Positions 1-9,580 of a DNA stretch of 64,000 nt are shown piece after piece. Below the pieces are notes generated by a model, which saw only the letters and a program-made list of their open reading frames with translations, was not told the DNA's origin and searched no databases. Location of the stretch: the NCBI GenBank assembly GCA_903895855.1, contig CAITVN010000089.1:12757-76756 (forward strand), in the 5' to 3' direction. Position numbers and translations under genes: made by a program. Position 1 is the stretch's first letter. Every line of letters begins with the position of its first letter. Origin of the DNA: Oligoflexia bacterium (lineage in GTDB: Bacteria; Bdellovibrionota; UBA1018).

Positions 1-313
1 AGTAGATCGAATACTCTCGGTTGACGATAGCGCCCATCGGGCCAACATTGAAGCACTGGCCAGCCTTGAAAACCAAGTCTCTGCGCTCAATGCGAAGCGA
101 GAAAGAATCGGCGGTCAAATGCCTCACTTCTAGCACCTCATAAGGGTCAAAACCGGTGTGAGTTGAGCTTCCTTTATCGGTCTTTTTTAGCGGATTTAAT
201 TTTGAAAACATCGTTAATCTTGATTAGCTGGTTTTGCGGGGTGTGACAAGGAAAACTCTTTTCACTTTTCTTTTGCCCTAGAGTGTTTCTGGCTCGTCGC
301 ATACTATGGCCAC

Positions 314-1732
314 ATGAGCACAAAAGTGAACGTTTCTGAGGTGAGGGGCACGGTCGATCGGCATTTTGGCGAGTACTTAGAAGATTTAAAGTCACTGGTG
401 CGTATTCCGAGCATTAGTTTTGCCGGATTTGATGAAAAATCAGTGCGTAAATCAGCCGAAGCCGTGGCCAAGCTCATGAAAAAACGTGGCCTCGAGAATG
501 TTGAAGTGCTCGACGTTGAGGGCGCTCATCCGTATGCTTACGGCGAATGGTTGCACGCTGGACCTAAGGCTCCGACGTTGCTTTTGTACGCTCACCATGA
601 TGTGCAGCCTGTGGGGCGCGAGGCGGCTTGGACTTCTCCACCATTCGAACCCGTAGAACGTCAAGGGCCTGCCGGACTGCGCCTTTATGGTCGAGGCACT
701 GCCGATGATAAGGCCGGAATTCTCATTCACTTAGCCGCAATTGACGCCTATTTGAAATCGGCGGGTAAGCTGCCTGTTAATGTCAAGGTCGTGATCGAAG
801 GCGAAGAAGAAATCGGCAGCGTTCACCTCGGAATGTTTTTACAAAAGTACCGAGAGCGTCTGTCGGCTGATGTTTTGGTTTTGACTGACACGGGCAATTT
901 TGATTCTGGCGTGCCGGGTATCACGATTGCGCTTCGTGGTCTCGCCAGTCTTGAAGTTGAAGTGAAATCTTTGAAAGGCCCGGTGCACTCGGGCATGTGG
1001 GGGGGCCCTGTGCCAGACCCTGTTCTCGCTCTCGCGAAAATGCTTTCAGGTCTCGTTTCAAGCGAAGACGGTTCGATTGAACTGCGTTCGATCAAAGACA
1101 ATTTCAAAGAACCCGAAGGGGCTGAGTACGATCGAATGAAAGCCATTCCGTTTGATGAAACGGCTTTTCGAGAAGCCTCAGGAATGCTGACCGGTGTCGA
1201 AATTCTCAGACGTGGCCCTTCGGTGCCCGGGCAATTGTGGAGGTATCCTTCGCTCACCGTGACCGCGATTCAAGCGTCATCGCGAGCGCAAGCCGGAAAT
1301 ATCATCAACGATGCGGCTTGGGCAAAAGTGAGCATTCGCTTGGTGCCAGGGCTTGATCCTAAAGAAGTGCTCGATGATCTGCAGATGACGTTAAAGCAAG
1401 CGGCTCCTTGGGGAGTTCAAGTTGAGTTCTCTCACGCAAATGGCGCAAATGCTTGGTCTACTGATCCAGAAGGCCCCGTGTATGAGGCGGCCGCAATTGC
1501 ATTAGAAAAAGGTTACGGCGTTAAACCCGTGTTTTTCGGCTGTGGCGGGTCGATTCCGTTTGTTCGTCCGTTTGCAAAAGCCTTGGGCGGAGTTCCGGCA
1601 CTTTTAATTGGAGTTGAAGATCCTCACACCCAGGCACACGGAGAAAACGAAAGTTTACTCATTTCGGATTTTCTTAAATCGATTCATTCTCAAGTCGAGC
1701 TTTTCAATGAGGTTTTGAAAGCGTGGAAATGA
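314..1732 (+). CDS. M20 family metallopeptidase (dipeptidase / ArgE-DapE-CPG2-like)
   Basis: 472-aa ORF with M20 signature motifs HHDVQP, GRGTADDKAG and EGEEEIGS. Read from the supplied translation. Confidence 0.8.
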   Translation: MSTKVNVSEVRGTVDRHFGEYLEDLKSLVRIPSISFAGFDEKSVRKSAEAVAKLMKKRGLENVEVLDVEGAHPYAYGEWLHAGPKAPTLLLYAHHDVQPVGREAAWTSPPFEPVERQGPAGLRLYGRGTADDKAGILIHLAAIDAYLKSAGKLPVNVKVVIEGEEEIGSVHLGMFLQKYRERLSADVLVLTDTGNFDSGVPGITIALRGLASLEVEVKSLKGPVHSGMWGGPVPDPVLALAKMLSGLVSSEDGSIELRSIKDNFKEPEGAEYDRMKAIPFDETAFREASGMLTGVEILRRGPSVPGQLWRYPSLTVTAIQASSRAQAGNIINDAAWAKVSIRLVPGLDPKEVLDDLQMTLKQAAPWGVQVEFSHANGANAWSTDPEGPVYEAAAIALEKGYGVKPVFFGCGGSIPFVRPFAKALGGVPALLIGVEDPHTQAHGENESLLISDFLKSIHSQVELFNEVLKAWK

Positions 1733-1763
1733 TGCCAACACTTTTAGACTTAATGGAGTTGGC

Positions 1764-2888
1764 ATGAGTCAATTAGAATCAGCCATTCAGAGCCAACCGC
1801 AAGCGTGGATCGAGGCGCTCGTGTCGGCGAAAAAGTATCGTCAGGTGTTAGGCGAGAAATTTTTTTCGCCGCGCAAATTCGATCGAATCGTGTTTGTGGG
1901 GCTGGGTAGTTCGCGTACGGCGGCCGAGCTTTGTGTGGTGACGTTGCGTTCTGCGGCGGTGGCATCGCGGCCTGGGGCGGTAGCGGTGCGATCGGCATCG
2001 GCATCGGCTGTGCGGTCTGGCGCGGCGATAGCGCGCTCGGCGACGGTGATGCCGCGTTCTGTTTCGGCGCCCACTCGGTTTGTGGTCGGGCAAGAGAATT
2101 TTCTAGATGATTTGACCCGTAATGATTTGGTGGTTGCGATTTCGCATCGTGGAAAAACCGAATGGCTCTTAAAACGAGTGAAAAGCGCCCGAAAAATGGG
2201 CTGCGAGGTATTGCAAGTTTCAGCGCGCGGTACTCGGGCTTGGTTTGCTTTTGATCGTAAAAACAGTGAAGCCAGTCTGAGTGGTGTTCGACTCATTGAA
2301 GTGGGTGAGCTTGAACGAGTTGAACCCCATACGGTTTCATTGACTAGCGCCGTTGCGTTGGTTACGGCCCTTTTTGAGCCTGGGCTTGAAAAAGCCTGGA
2401 AAGGTCAAATCAAGAAGGTTAGCGGGTTTTTGACTGAGTCGGTACCGGCGGGTGCTGGTCTGGCAGCGCGGTCTGATTCTCAAAAAATCATTCGGCCCCG
2501 ATTCATTCTTGGCGACGGTGTGGGCGAAGTTTTGGCAAGAGAGGCTCAGTTAAAAGCCGTCGAGGTCGCCAAGGTGACGGCATTAGCGTTTTCGTCAGAG
2601 GCTTTTTTTCATGGGCCGCATTGGGGCTATGTGCCTGGTGACGGTATTGTCTATTTTTCTGTTTCTGGTGATGACCGCAGTAAGAAGATTCGCGGATTGT
2701 CGGCGGGCGGTGCGGGTAAAGTGGCACCTGGGCTCGGCCCGACGGGGGCGCCTTCTAACAACCAGTCGGTATTTGAAATCGAACTCGCCCGTGGCCCACT
2801 CGGTTGGGTCTTGGCACTTGCGAAACTGCAGCGTTTGGCGGTTGATTTGGCCAGGCAGTCTGGGGTTCATCCGGATTGGATTCGGTGA
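1764..2888 (+). CDS. SIS-domain sugar-phosphate isomerase / aminotransferase-like protein carrying an Ala/Ser/Arg-rich low-complexity insert
   Basis: Motifs FVGLGSSRTAAE and VVAISHRGKTEW are typical of SIS (GlmS/AgaS-like) domains. A ~55-aa insert (RSAAVASRPGAVAVRSASASAVRSGAAIARSATVMPRS) is encoded by GC-rich quasi-repeats. Confidence 0.55.
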   Translation: MSQLESAIQSQPQAWIEALVSAKKYRQVLGEKFFSPRKFDRIVFVGLGSSRTAAELCVVTLRSAAVASRPGAVAVRSASASAVRSGAAIARSATVMPRSVSAPTRFVVGQENFLDDLTRNDLVVAISHRGKTEWLLKRVKSARKMGCEVLQVSARGTRAWFAFDRKNSEASLSGVRLIEVGELERVEPHTVSLTSAVALVTALFEPGLEKAWKGQIKKVSGFLTESVPAGAGLAARSDSQKIIRPRFILGDGVGEVLAREAQLKAVEVAKVTALAFSSEAFFHGPHWGYVPGDGIVYFSVSGDDRSKKIRGLSAGGAGKVAPGLGPTGAPSNNQSVFEIELARGPLGWVLALAKLQRLAVDLARQSGVHPDWIR

Positions 2889-2912
2889 GTGAGTGAGTGA
2901 GTGAGTGAGTGA
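2885..2912. repeat. (GTGA)7 tetranucleotide microsatellite overlapping the stop codon of the SIS-domain ORF
   Basis: The sequence reads gtga x7 starting at 2885. The ORF stop codon TGA is at 2886-2888. Confidence 0.9.
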
Positions 2913-2939
2913 GTCCGAAAATTTTTACTCGCCGATTTT

Positions 2940-2958
2940 ACTTTCGACGTCGGCGGTA
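2940..2958. repeat. 19-bp perfect direct repeat, copy 1 (actttcgacgtcggcggta), containing the 8-bp palindrome cgacgtcg
   Basis: An identical 19-mer recurs at 4026-4044. This copy is intergenic, upstream of the HNH gene. Confidence 0.85.
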
Positions 2959-3088
2959 GAAGTCGGCGCGCGAGCAAAACTACTGGGAGTTTTGCTAGGA
3001 GACAAGCAAACCCACGGCGGGTAGCAGCTCCAAACTTATCGTATTTTCCGGTTAATCACGGTACATCGACAATTTTGTTAAAATAGTC

Positions 3089-3117
3089 TTGACACCTTTT
3101 TTAGTCATTTTTCATAA
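3089..3117 (+). promoter_or_regulatory. Possible sigma70-like promoter (TTGACA-N17-TCATAA) upstream of the DUF222/HNH gene
   Basis: ttgaca at 3089-3094, a 17-nt spacer, then tcataa at 3112-3117, in the AT-rich intergenic region. Confidence 0.25.
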
Positions 3118-3294
3118 TTTCTGTCGTCAGACCCCCCTTCGTTTATGCCGTTGTTTAAGCCACCCTTTGAACTCAGAGTGTGACGAATGGATCGATGATG
3201 TCGCAGGGTGATTGTTTCTTGAAAACGAATCATTACGGGTCAAACTGAAGCGAAAAAATCAAAAAGAAATTCCTGTGTTAGAGTAAACCCCACT

Positions 3295-4329
3295 ATGAAC
3301 ACCAAACTGAATTTAGTACAAAAACAAGACGACGAAATCGTGCAAGAGCTCAAACTGAAAGTGAGCGAAGAATCGAAACTTCTCGTTGAAATTCTGAACT
3401 TACTTGAGCAAGTGCGCGACCGAAAGATTTACACTGATTATGGATGCTCAAGCCTCTTTGATTTTTGCGTTAAAGAGCTCAAGTATTCAGAAGGTGCCGC
3501 GATGAGAAGAATAAATGCGCTCAAATTGCAGGGTCAGAGTGCGGCAATTAAGGAACTGATTCATGAAAGTTTGGAAAACGGCAGCCTCAATTTGAGCCAC
3601 CTGGGGGCCGTGGCAAAACTCGATCGCGCTGAAAATTTCTCGATTGAACAGTTAGAGCAAGCGATCATTGCTTCACAGGAAACCTCAGCTCGCGAAACTG
3701 AAAAAGTGATTCGAAAAAAACTTAACCTAACCCCGTTGATCGAGAAGGTTAAGGTCACGCTTGAACTCAATGCTGAGCAATTGCTAAACGCCCAACGCTT
3801 AGCTGCCCAGTTTTCTCATGCACTGCCTACCCCTGATTTGCCGGGGTTATTTTTGTACCTTTTAGAACGAGAATCGAGAAAGGCCATTGAGCGAAGTGAG
3901 AAAATGAAAAAAGAACCCAGAAAAGTAGAGTTACAAGGCGATTCTCGGCAAGTACAAGGTCGCAAAGTAGGTCAGAGGCAAGAGCGGAGGCAAGAGCGGA
4001 GGCAAGAGCCACACGATGGTAAAGCACTTTCGACGTCGGCGGTAATCCAGGTACCGAGGTCATTTAGCCAGCAGTTTCGAGATCAAGCGCTGAGGCGAGC
4101 TGGTTATCAGTGTGAATTTGTGAGCCAAGTCAGTCGAAAACGGTGTGAATCGCGGTGGTTTTTACAGTTAGATCATGTGGTGCCCTGGTCTCTTGGTGGA
4201 CAGTCAACGTTAGAAAATTGCCGAGTCGTGTGTGGCGCTCACAATCGTGCCGAGTGGATTCGGGTGCGTGACTCGATGGGCACCGGCGGGAATACTCGTG
4301 AGGGAGTTCACTTGTCGCCAGAAAGTTAG
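3295..4329 (+). CDS. HNH endonuclease with a DUF222-like (13E12-repeat family) N-terminal region
   Basis: The C-terminus GYQCEF...LDHVVPWSLGGQSTLENCRVVCGAHN carries the HNH Cys/His/Asn motifs. The N-terminal region is helical and resembles the DUF222 architecture. An internal QERRQERRQE repeat is present. Confidence 0.7.
   Translation: MNTKLNLVQKQDDEIVQELKLKVSEESKLLVEILNLLEQVRDRKIYTDYGCSSLFDFCVKELKYSEGAAMRRINALKLQGQSAAIKELIHESLENGSLNLSHLGAVAKLDRAENFSIEQLEQAIIASQETSARETEKVIRKKLNLTPLIEKVKVTLELNAEQLLNAQRLAAQFSHALPTPDLPGLFLYLLERESRKAIERSEKMKKEPRKVELQGDSRQVQGRKVGQRQERRQERRQEPHDGKALSTSAVIQVPRSFSQQFRDQALRRAGYQCEFVSQVSRKRCESRWFLQLDHVVPWSLGGQSTLENCRVVCGAHNRAEWIRVRDSMGTGGNTREGVHLSPES
3975..4010. repeat. 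12-bp in-frame tandem repeat (gaggcaagagcg x3) encoding (RRQE)n inside the HNH gene
   Basis: Three consecutive 12-mers. The length is a multiple of 3, so the frame is preserved. Confidence 0.85.
4026..4044. repeat. 19-bp perfect direct repeat, copy 2 (inside the HNH ORF, between the DUF222-like part and the HNH motif)
   Basis: Identical to 2940-2958. Confidence 0.85.
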
Positions 4330-4356
4330 GTGAGACAAAATGGCGGCTGAATACCG

Positions 4357-4920
4357 CTATTTAATTTTTAGCCACTCAGAACGTAGAAGTCCCATGGCGA
4401 TTTCATCGTGAAATTGGCCATTTCGAAAGATCTGTTGTCGAAGTGTGCCTTCGATTTTGAATCCACATTTTTCGTAACTGCGAATAGCGCGAGCATTGAA
4501 ACTAAAGACATTGAGAGCGATCTTATTCAGGCTCATTTCGCTAAAGATGTATTGAACAAGCAGGTTCATGGCATCAGTTCCAAGGTCCTTATTTTGCCAC
4601 TGTGTGCCGATGAAAATCCCGACGATTGCGTGCGAGTTTTTCCAGTCGATTCGATTGTATCCACACCCACCGATGTAGTTTTTGGTGTCGAGGGTTTCGA
4701 TCGCAAATGAATAGGATTGTTCAGGGTCTCTTCCTAGGTTTTCATACCATTTTTGTTCGTCTTCAAGGCGGTACGGAAGGGCGATTCCCGGACTGAGGTT
4801 GTTTTTGACTTCGGGGTCATTGATGTACCCAAGAACAGTGGGAATGTCTTCTTTGCAGTATGCCCTGAGACGTACTTTTTTGCCATCGAGTTGCCAGCTG
4901 GGGGTAGTTTGTGTAGTCAT
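4357..4920 (-). CDS. GNAT family N-acetyltransferase (RimJ/RimL-like)
   Basis: 187 aa with a GNAT-like core. Its architecture resembles ribosomal-protein N-acetyltransferases. Confidence 0.65.
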   Translation of the reverse strand: MTTQTTPSWQLDGKKVRLRAYCKEDIPTVLGYINDPEVKNNLSPGIALPYRLEDEQKWYENLGRDPEQSYSFAIETLDTKNYIGGCGYNRIDWKNSHAIVGIFIGTQWQNKDLGTDAMNLLVQYIFSEMSLNKIALNVFSFNARAIRSYEKCGFKIEGTLRQQIFRNGQFHDEIAMGLLRSEWLKIK

Positions 4921-4940
4921 CTGTAAGAATCAACCTAAGC

Positions 4941-5285
4941 TTATTTCTTCTTTTTTGCGGCGGGTTTGCCACTTGATTTCGCACTCATCGCGGTCGTGAC
5001 TGTTTTTAAGTCTTCTTCAAATTTTTTCAGTGACTCTTTTTGAGCAAGAACGGCCTCACTCAAATTTCCGTTGATGCCTTTTTGTTCGGCAAGTTCTTTA
5101 CTTAAGCCCTGAATCTGCCCATTGAGCGACTGAAGCTTGCGATCGGTTTCAGTAGCCTTTTGCGTGAGGGCATCAATCTGAGTTTGCATCGCTTGTTGAC
5201 CTGGGCACGAGGGCATCGCGATTCCCATGAGTCCGATGGTAAGAAAAGAGAGGCTCAGTGTTAAGAGTTTGGATTGTTTTTTCAT
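4941..5285 (-). CDS. Small coiled-coil lipoprotein with a KKKK C-terminus
   Basis: Signal peptide with lipobox (LMGIAMPSC). The rest is helical and Q/E/K-rich. Confidence 0.5.
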   Translation of the reverse strand: MKKQSKLLTLSLSFLTIGLMGIAMPSCPGQQAMQTQIDALTQKATETDRKLQSLNGQIQGLSKELAEQKGINGNLSEAVLAQKESLKKFEEDLKTVTTAMSAKSSGKPAAKKKK

Positions 5286-5400
5286 TTCCGATTTCCTCGT
5301 GACTATTTTTCGCTACTGATTTTTCTGTTATTGCCAAAAGCTATTTAAACTAATTTTAAAGAAGTTTTCAAAAAAAGGGAAAAAAACTTAACAAACGCGG

Positions 5401-5640
5401 CCGTCAGTCGGTCTTTAGTGGATAGCCGTCAGTCGGTCTTTAGTGGATAGCCATCAGCCGGTCTTTAGTGGATAGCCGTCAGTCGGTCTTTAGTGGATAG
5501 CCATCAGCCGGTCTTTAGTGGATAGCCGTCAGTCGGTCTTTAGTGGATAGCCGTCAGTCGGTCTCCGGTGGGCGGTCATAAGTCAAGCTTCAGAGAGTGG
5601 TTCGATTGGTCATCAGCCGTGCTGCAGTGGGTGGTTCACA
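5401..5640. repeat. 25-bp tandem repeat array: 6 near-perfect copies in two alternating variants, then 3 decaying copies
   Basis: ccgtcagtcggtctttagtggatag alternates with ccatcagccggtctttagtggatag at 5401-5550. Degenerate copies continue to about 5640. The repeats are contiguous with no spacers, and no ORF is present. Confidence 0.9.
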
Positions 5641-5735
5641 ATCAATTAAGCTAGAGCCATTTTTTTGGCGGATAAACCATCTCAAACGCAGCAACAGAAC
5701 ACAAACTCACTCCCGAGGTCGGTCACCCGAAATTT

Positions 5736-6890
5736 TTAGAACATGAATTTCTTGTTAGCCACGTTGAGCAATACCGCAACGCCAAGGGTTGCGGTAATCA
5801 AGGCCGAGCCTCCATAGCTGAGAAACGGCAACGGCACCCCCACGATGGGCAGTAAACCTGTCACCATTCCGATGTTCACGGCAAAGTGCCAAAAGAAAAT
5901 GAAGACGATACCCAGACAAAGCAGCAGGGCGAACTTATCGTTTGACTGATAGGCGACCTGCAAGCCGTTGTGCAAAAATACCAGGTAGAGTGTGATTAAA
6001 ATGACTCCGCCGACGAAACCGTGTTCTTCTGAAAAGACCGAAAAAATAAAATCGGTGTGGTGCTCGGGCAAGAAGTTGAGCTGGCTTTGGGTACCTTTTC
6101 GGTAGCCTTTGCCTAAGATTTTTCCGCTACCTACCGCCACCATTGATTGAATCGAGTTGTAGCCAGATCCCTTTGGATCTGAGCCCGGATCGATAAACGA
6201 AACGATTCGCTGTTTCTGATACGGTTTGAGTGCAAATTTGTAAACTGCTGGTAAGGCGAGGGCCGCAATGAGTCCGATGATCAGCAAGGTCTGCGGTCTG
6301 ATTTTTACAAAAAGCATCATGCTACCAAACGTAAGCATAATGATCATCGCGGTACCTAGATCGGGCTGGGCCATGATGAGTAACGAGGGCACTCCAACTA
6401 GCACTGTGGGTAAGAGCAGGTCTCTGATTCCGTAACCGCTCACGGTTCGATCGGTTTCAAAATATTTGGCCAAGCAAATGACCATCGAGAGCTTCATGAA
6501 TTCAGACGGCTGTAAACGTAGAGCGCCGATGCCTATCCAGCGTTTTGCACCCAACGTTGATTTTCCGAGTACAAGAACTGCGACTAAGAGCAAAATATTG
6601 GCAAAGTAGATTGGATACGCGAGTCTCGAAAAGGTCGAATAATGAAGAAGAAAAATCAGGCCCGTACAAATCATGCCAACCCCAAACCAAATCAGCTGGC
6701 TTTTGTACAGCCCGAGTGACTTGTCTTGAACGCCGGTCGCGCTTATGAGGTTCCAGATTCCGACACCAAATAATAAAATTTCAATGATGAGCAGATTCCA
6801 ATTAAATTTTCGAAGCTCTTCATCGTAGAACCCCGTTCGACTGGTTGACTCGTCTAGAGGCATCGGTGATTCCATTGAAGTGTACGTCAT
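5736..6890 (-). CDS. rodA: Rod shape-determining protein RodA (SEDS family peptidoglycan glycosyltransferase)
   Basis: 384-aa polytopic membrane protein of the FtsW/RodA family, immediately downstream of PBP2. Confidence 0.9.
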   Translation of the reverse strand: MTYTSMESPMPLDESTSRTGFYDEELRKFNWNLLIIEILLFGVGIWNLISATGVQDKSLGLYKSQLIWFGVGMICTGLIFLLHYSTFSRLAYPIYFANILLLVAVLVLGKSTLGAKRWIGIGALRLQPSEFMKLSMVICLAKYFETDRTVSGYGIRDLLLPTVLVGVPSLLIMAQPDLGTAMIIMLTFGSMMLFVKIRPQTLLIIGLIAALALPAVYKFALKPYQKQRIVSFIDPGSDPKGSGYNSIQSMVAVGSGKILGKGYRKGTQSQLNFLPEHHTDFIFSVFSEEHGFVGGVILITLYLVFLHNGLQVAYQSNDKFALLLCLGIVFIFFWHFAVNIGMVTGLLPIVGVPLPFLSYGGSALITATLGVAVLLNVANKKFMF

Positions 6891-6914
6891 TATTTGAGTG
6901 CTCCTGTCATGGTC

Positions 6915-9011
6915 TTACTCATCGCCAGTGGGTGTTAAGCTAGGGGGTTCTGGTGGCACGACTTCTGTATCGGTTTCGGTCGCACGTCTATCGGGTCTGA
7001 CGTCTGTATTTGGCAAAATGGCTTCATTTTCGTCATCTTCAGGTACTGCATGTACCGGTTCAGTTGGAAAGGTAAGGTGCGTGGGAGCTGGTTTTCCTTT
7101 GAGTCGGGCCGCCACTGCTTTTTCACCATAAAGGTCTGGAAAATATTTTTCGAGGTAAGTTTTGACAACCGCGCGCCCGATCGGGGCGGCTCCTCTTGAA
7201 CCACTGCAGGCGTGTTCGGCAATAACTGCGACTGCAATGACGGGATTAGTCGCAGGTGCGAAGCCGGCGAAGACCCCGTGGTGGCGCTCTTTGTACTTGT
7301 AGGTATCGCACTTGTGGTAAATTCGGTCAGCACTCACGGCCATGACCTGAACGGTGCCGGTTTTTCCGACGAAATCCATTCCTGGCAAGACTTGTGATCT
7401 GGCGGTTCCGATGGGTGAATTGATGACTCCCCAGAGGCCTTGCATGATGAGTTCGCGAGTTCTCTCGCCGATCTTCGCGCTGTCAACAACCTTGGGTTGA
7501 AACTGTTCAAGAATCTGTCCTTCAAAGGATTCGACCTCTTTCACCATGAAAGGCTGATAAAGGGTTCCGCCATTTCCAATTGAAGCATACAAGTTCGCTA
7601 GCTGTAATGTCGTGGTGAGAACGTAACTTTGCCCGATGGCCACTGAGAGGGTTTCACCACCATTCCAGGCTTCGCCATAGGTTTTGAGTTTCCAGTCTTC
7701 GGTTGGAATTAACCCTTTTGCTTCACGAGCTAAATTAATGCCCGTTTTTCGTCCAAGCCCCAGATGTCTCGCCCATTTCGCGATGTCGTCTACTGACTTT
7801 AATCGTTGAGCGACGCGGTAAAAGAACACGTCACACGAGCGAGTGATCGCGGTCACGACGCTGACTTCGCCGTGCCCTTTTTTCTCGTGGCAGTGCATCT
7901 TTCGGTTACCAACCCAAATATATCCCGGACAATGAAACTTGGTGTGTTCATCAATCACGCCTTCTTCGAGGCCTGCAATTGCAGTCAGAACTTTGAATGT
8001 CGACCCCGGCGAGTACTGGCCTTGAATAGTTCGGTCGATGAGGGGTTTTTTCTCATTTGCGAGAAGTGACTGCCAGAGTTTGTTCGAAATGCCGCGACTA
8101 AAAACCGTTGGGTCGAACCCTGGCCTTGAAACCATGGCTAGAATTTCGCCATTTCTGGGGTCAATGGCGACAAGGCTGCCTGCCTTATCACCAAAAGCTT
8201 TAGCAGCTGCTAACTGCAAATCTTGATCAATGGTGAGTAAGAGATTTTTGCCAGGGACAGCAGGTTTCTCGGGTAATTCATCTAAGACGCGACCTTTATT
8301 TTTATTGAGTTTGGTTCGCCCCAACGCGTCGACTTCGAGCAATTTTTCACCGTCTTGGCCACGTAAAACGGGTTCTAGTTTTTGCTCGAGTCCGAATTTT
8401 CCTGAACTATCGCCTTTTTTGTAAGTGTTTTTTGGATCTTTTGAAAGCGCCGTGTATTCAGTTTGAGTGATTTCACCAATGTACCCTAAGAGATGAGAGG
8501 CCACTTCTCCGAAGATATTGGTGCGCTGAATTTCTTCGGTAATTTGAACGCCGGGCATGTCTAACTTCCAGCTTTCAATTTCGGCTACTTCGTCTCTTGA
8601 TAAGTCAGTCTTGATTTTTACCGGCAAAAAAGCCCCCTGAGATTTGTTTTTTCTCAGGATTTCGTGTATCTCGGGTTCACTTAAGTGTAGAATTTTCGAC
8701 AACCGAGACATGACGGCGTCAGTCTGTTTTGATTCGTACAAATACTGCGGAATGATCTCAATATCAAACGACGGTCGATTGTCGACCAGTAGGCGTCGAT
8801 TTCGATCGAAGATCATACCCCGTGGCGCTGCGATTTTAACTTTCTTGATTCTATTGTCTTCAGAGGCTTGGCGCATTTTATCGCCGCGTAGAATTTGAAG
8901 GTCGACCAGTCTTCCTAAAAGAATCGTCACGGCAAGAAACAAGATTGTGTAAAGGTACTTAAACCGATCTTGATATTCGCGAACTTGTTCTTCTTGTCCT
9001 AAGAATGCCAT
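6915..9011 (-). CDS. mrdA: Penicillin-binding protein 2 (elongasome transpeptidase) with an acidic/Pro-rich C-terminal tail
   Basis: N-terminal TM segment, dimerisation domain and transpeptidase motifs (SPGSTFK, KTGT). About 60 aa of extra C-terminal D/E/P-rich tail. Confidence 0.9.
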   Translation of the reverse strand: MAFLGQEEQVREYQDRFKYLYTILFLAVTILLGRLVDLQILRGDKMRQASEDNRIKKVKIAAPRGMIFDRNRRLLVDNRPSFDIEIIPQYLYESKQTDAVMSRLSKILHLSEPEIHEILRKNKSQGAFLPVKIKTDLSRDEVAEIESWKLDMPGVQITEEIQRTNIFGEVASHLLGYIGEITQTEYTALSKDPKNTYKKGDSSGKFGLEQKLEPVLRGQDGEKLLEVDALGRTKLNKNKGRVLDELPEKPAVPGKNLLLTIDQDLQLAAAKAFGDKAGSLVAIDPRNGEILAMVSRPGFDPTVFSRGISNKLWQSLLANEKKPLIDRTIQGQYSPGSTFKVLTAIAGLEEGVIDEHTKFHCPGYIWVGNRKMHCHEKKGHGEVSVVTAITRSCDVFFYRVAQRLKSVDDIAKWARHLGLGRKTGINLAREAKGLIPTEDWKLKTYGEAWNGGETLSVAIGQSYVLTTTLQLANLYASIGNGGTLYQPFMVKEVESFEGQILEQFQPKVVDSAKIGERTRELIMQGLWGVINSPIGTARSQVLPGMDFVGKTGTVQVMAVSADRIYHKCDTYKYKERHHGVFAGFAPATNPVIAVAVIAEHACSGSRGAAPIGRAVVKTYLEKYFPDLYGEKAVAARLKGKPAPTHLTFPTEPVHAVPEDDENEAILPNTDVRPDRRATETDTEVVPPEPPSLTPTGDE

Positions 9012-9019
9012 GAATTAAT

Positions 9020-9580
9020 TTACTCGTACCCTAAAAGAATTTCGTCTTCTAGGGCCTGTTCGGCTTTTCTGTTTTTGAACGTGATCCAATCAAATCGATC
9101 TAAGAAGCGAAAAAACCAAATACCTAAGAAGCCTGATGAAACGGCTCCGGGAAACAAGAGGGTAATGAGGTGCTTCCACTGTTGAAATCCAACCCCCAAG
9201 AGAAGCAGTAGACCAAAATAAGTCAATTTCCAGAAAAGTGACGAAGCCAGTGTGACGAAAACCAGGGCGTTTCGATTAGGAATGACCAGAAGTTTTGCTG
9301 CAAGTCGAACGCTGAAAAAAACCAAGAGGTAGGATGCCATCAAAATACCCTGCGGTGCAGAGCTGTTGATCTCTGCAATATTACCCATGATTAAGGTCAA
9401 TATTCCGCCTTCAGTGAAATCGCGTTTGAGAGAAACCCAGATCACCGCAAGCAATACGATGTCGGGTTGAAGCAGGGTTAGCGGGTAAGTGTAGAAAATA
9501 GACGTTTGTAAGGCGATGCCAAAGGCAATGACCACGCAGAGAAAAAAAGGATTCAGTGCCTTGAGTAAGATCCTGATCAC
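9020..9580 (-). CDS. mreD: Rod shape-determining protein MreD
   Basis: 186-aa polytopic membrane protein between mreC and mrdA. It overlaps the mreC stop by 4 nt. Confidence 0.75.
   Translation of the reverse strand: MIRILLKALNPFFLCVVIAFGIALQTSIFYTYPLTLLQPDIVLLAVIWVSLKRDFTEGGILTLIMGNIAEINSSAPQGILMASYLLVFFSVRLAAKLLVIPNRNALVFVTLASSLFWKLTYFGLLLLLGVGFQQWKHLITLLFPGAVSSGFLGIWFFRFLDRFDWITFKNRKAEQALEDEILLGYE

Noticed and set aside
823-1257. Antisense ORFs inside the M20 peptidase, PBP2, GS-like and other large genes (e.g. 823..1257 -, 6935..7333 -, 19024..19509 +)
   Set aside because: They lie entirely within strongly supported genes on the opposite strand, have biased low-complexity composition and no motifs. 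They are typical spurious frames for ~50% GC DNA.
5401-5640. The 25-bp repeat array as a CRISPR array
   Set aside because: The repeats are directly contiguous with no unique spacers. The unit is 25 bp with two alternating variants, and there are no cas genes in the window.
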